A stretch of 64,000 nt of DNA from Armatimonadota bacterium. GTDB lineage: Bacteria; Armatimonadota; UBA5829; DSUL01. The position numbers and the translations under genes are program-made. This document shows positions 61,689 through 64,000 of the stretch, piece after piece (the stretch's first letter is position 1; each line of letters starts with the position of its first letter). The notes under the pieces are model-generated. The model was not told the origin of the DNA, ran no database searches, and worked only from the letters and a program-made list of their open reading frames with translations. Location of the stretch: contig JBDHZC010000002.1 in the NCBI GenBank assembly GCA_039811685.1, forward strand, positions 544,001 to 608,000, given 5' to 3'.

Positions 61689-62723
61689 ATGTCAACTTTG
61701 GAAAACAGCCGCGTCCTGGTCACCGGCGCAGGCGGCTTTATCGGCCATCACCTTGTGAGTTTTCTCAAACAGAAGGGCTACTGGGTGCGGGGCGTTGACA
61801 TAAAGGAGCCCGAGTACGCGCCGACGGACGCTGATGAGTTCGAGCTTCTGGATCTGCGGCGCTGGGACAGTTGCCTGCAGGCGACACGCAGCATTGACGA
61901 AGTGTACGCTCTGGCGGCGGATATGGGCGGGATGGGCTTTATCTCCGCCAATCACGCGCAGATTCTGCACAACAACTCGTTGATTAACATTCACACCCTG
62001 GAGGCGGCAAGAGTCAACGGAGCGAAGCGCTATTTCTACACTTCATCAGCCTGCGTCTATCCGGAATACAGGCAAACCGACGCGCATGTCACGCCGCTGA
62101 AGGAAGAAGATGCCTATCCGGCTGCGCCCCAGGACGCCTATGGGTGGGAAAAGCTGGTGACAGAGCAGCTTTGCGCGCACTACCGCAACGACTACGGAAT
62201 ACAGACACGCACAGTGCGCTTTCACAACATCTTCGGTCCACTGGGGACGTGGGACGGTGGACGGGAAAAGGCGCCAGCCGCCATGTGCCGGAAAGTGGCG
62301 CAGGCGAAGCTCAGTGGCAATCACGAGATTGAAATCTGGGGTGACGGGGAGCAGACGCGCTCTTTCTGTTACATTGACGACTGCCTGGAAGGTATTTACC
62401 GCCTGATGCGCTCCGACTACGCTGAGCCGCTGAACCTCGGGTCCGATGAGCTGGTGACAATCAACCAACTGGCGGATATCGTTGCAGAAGTAGCCGGCAT
62501 AACGATAACCCGACGCCACGTGTCAGGGCCGCAGGGTGTGCGCGGGCGAAACTCCGACAATACGCGTCTGCGAGAAGTCTTGAAGTGGGAGCCCGCACTG
62601 ACGCTCAAACAGGGGATTGCGCGGACGTATCCGTGGATTGAAGAGCAGGTGCGAGAGCGGGAAGCGCTTGCGTATTCGAAAGAGGTGCTCATCAGCGACG
62701 CCTCTCGCATCGCTACTGTTTGA
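61689..62723 (+). CDS. GDP-mannose 3,5-epimerase (GME)-like SDR
   Basis: LAADMGGMGFI, SSACVYP, PQDAYGWEKL, RFHNIFGP.GTW.GGREKAPAAMCRK, GVRGRNSDN. Confidence 0.88.
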   Translation: MSTLENSRVLVTGAGGFIGHHLVSFLKQKGYWVRGVDIKEPEYAPTDADEFELLDLRRWDSCLQATRSIDEVYALAADMGGMGFISANHAQILHNNSLINIHTLEAARVNGAKRYFYTSSACVYPEYRQTDAHVTPLKEEDAYPAAPQDAYGWEKLVTEQLCAHYRNDYGIQTRTVRFHNIFGPLGTWDGGREKAPAAMCRKVAQAKLSGNHEIEIWGDGEQTRSFCYIDDCLEGIYRLMRSDYAEPLNLGSDELVTINQLADIVAEVAGITITRRHVSGPQGVRGRNSDNTRLREVLKWEPALTLKQGIARTYPWIEEQVREREALAYSKEVLISDASRIATV

Positions 62724-62737
62724 GACATCGCTCTGCA

Positions 62738-64000
62738 ATGCGTGTCCTCGTTACAGACCCGTACTACTCCCCGGAGAGTGTCGGACCGGCCATCTGGATA
62801 GAGCAACTCAATCTGGACCTCGTGGAGCGCGGACACAAGGTGACCATGCTTACGGCCATGCCGCACTTCCCGCTGATGGTCGTTTTTGAGGGCTTCAAGC
62901 GCAAGCTGTTCATGCGCAGTATGGAGAACGGCGTGCGGGTTATCCGGTCCTGGGTTTACGCCAACGGAGACAAATCCTTCAAGCCACGCCTCCTCAACTG
63001 GGGAAGCTTCACGGTAACCTCCTTTCTCGCCGGACTCTTCAGCGCGCCAAAGTGCGATGTGGTGTACGCTATCCTATGGCCGCTGCCGCTCGGGGTGAGT
63101 TCGGCGTTTCTGGCATGGACTCGGGGAGCGAAGCTGGTGGTGAACGTGCAGGATATGTATCCTGACATCGCGATTTCACTGGGACTGCTCAAGAACCCGC
63201 GCGTTGTGCGCTTCTTTCAGAAGATGGAGAAGTGGATCTACCGGCGCGCCAGCAAAGTTGTGGTGCTCTCAGAGGGTTTCAAAGAGAATCTGCTGGCCAA
63301 AGGTGTGCCGGAGGACAAAATTGTTGTCATCCCAAACTGGGCGGATCCGGACGCTATCCAGCCCGGCCCTCGCGACAACAGCTTCCGCGAAGAGCTGGGG
63401 GTGGGTGAGCGCTTTACGGTGCTGTACTCCGGTGGCCTGACCCACAACAGCGATCTGGAGCCAGTGGTGAGGGCAGCGGCTCTACTCAGAGACGAACCAT
63501 TTGAGTTTGTCATCTGCGGAGACGGCTATCACAAACAGGCTTTGACCGATCTGGCCAAAGAGCTGAAACTCAGCAATCTGCAGTTCAAACCGTTTCAGCC
63601 TCTCGAATACTACCCGACTGTGCTCCAGGCGGCGGATATCACCCTTGTGACGCTGAATAATCAGTCCACGTACGCTTCCGTCCCGTCCAAGGTCTACAAG
63701 CAGATGGCTGCGGGCCGCGCCATTCTGGCGGTGACGGCTCCGGGCAACGAGGTGGACAGGATGATTTCAGAGGCGCAGTGCGGTCTGTGCGTGCCTCCGG
63801 GCGACCCCGAGGCTCTGGCGGAGAAGATCCGATGGGCTGCGCAACACAGGGACGAAGTGGACCAGATGGGCGCCAACGCGCGGGCCTATCTCGAATGCCA
63901 TCACGGTCGCAAACAGTGCGTGGATAGGATTGAAGAGGTTCTGCTGGAGGCTTGCGGCAAGTCCGGTCGCGCGCAGATTTCGACTTCTCGAGTGGCCTGA
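62738..64000 (+). CDS. GT4 glycosyltransferase (WcaI/WbuB-like)
   Basis: YYSPE, QDMYPD, IPNWAD, LYSG, VPSKVY; stop at 63998-64000. Confidence 0.9.
   Translation: MRVLVTDPYYSPESVGPAIWIEQLNLDLVERGHKVTMLTAMPHFPLMVVFEGFKRKLFMRSMENGVRVIRSWVYANGDKSFKPRLLNWGSFTVTSFLAGLFSAPKCDVVYAILWPLPLGVSSAFLAWTRGAKLVVNVQDMYPDIAISLGLLKNPRVVRFFQKMEKWIYRRASKVVVLSEGFKENLLAKGVPEDKIVVIPNWADPDAIQPGPRDNSFREELGVGERFTVLYSGGLTHNSDLEPVVRAAALLRDEPFEFVICGDGYHKQALTDLAKELKLSNLQFKPFQPLEYYPTVLQAADITLVTLNNQSTYASVPSKVYKQMAAGRAILAVTAPGNEVDRMISEAQCGLCVPPGDPEALAEKIRWAAQHRDEVDQMGANARAYLECHHGRKQCVDRIEEVLLEACGKSGRAQISTSRVA

Overview
GC-rich bacterial chromosomal segment, mostly housekeeping and envelope genes. Two DUF1559/prepilin-type genes, kdsA and the overall gene style suggest an Armatimonadota-like diderm (inference only). 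In order it carries: an SH3-NlpC/P60 peptidase running off the left edge (absent from the ORF track), a prepilin-like gene, an M14 peptidase, sat, a 1395-aa putative clan GH-A hydrolase, a transglutaminase, a complete F1Fo atp operon, a c-di-GMP-I riboswitch before flgM, a CMD/AhpD protein, kdsA, a second prepilin-like gene, nfeD-stomatin, ligA-vanZ-DUF1844-HIT-UDG, parAB with a perfect parS inside parB, a GCS2-ligase/PSD/membrane protein/GT2 operon, ruvB, TPR proteins, an orphan histidine kinase, murJ, galT, an ECF sigma/anti-sigma pair, a six-hairpin glycosidase, cheY-cheX, a LysM-FliO-like fusion, tandem IolE-like epimerases, and a polysaccharide cluster (wzy-like, GT4, gmd, fcl, plant-type GDP-mannose 3,5-epimerase, GT4). 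I found no rRNA, tRNA, CRISPR array or mobile element. Best novelty candidates: (1) the GCS2+PSD+GT2 operon as a possible lipid-modification pathway; (2) a ~260-nt structured RNA at 23647-23908 bounded by a promoter and a terminator; (3) a pseudoknotted multi-stem leader before cheY; (4) two self-complementary 'zipper' tandem repeats abutting ribosome-binding sites; (5) the LysM-FliO fusion; (6) a galT N-terminus split off as a micro-ORF. All family assignments come from motif recognition by eye, with no database searches.
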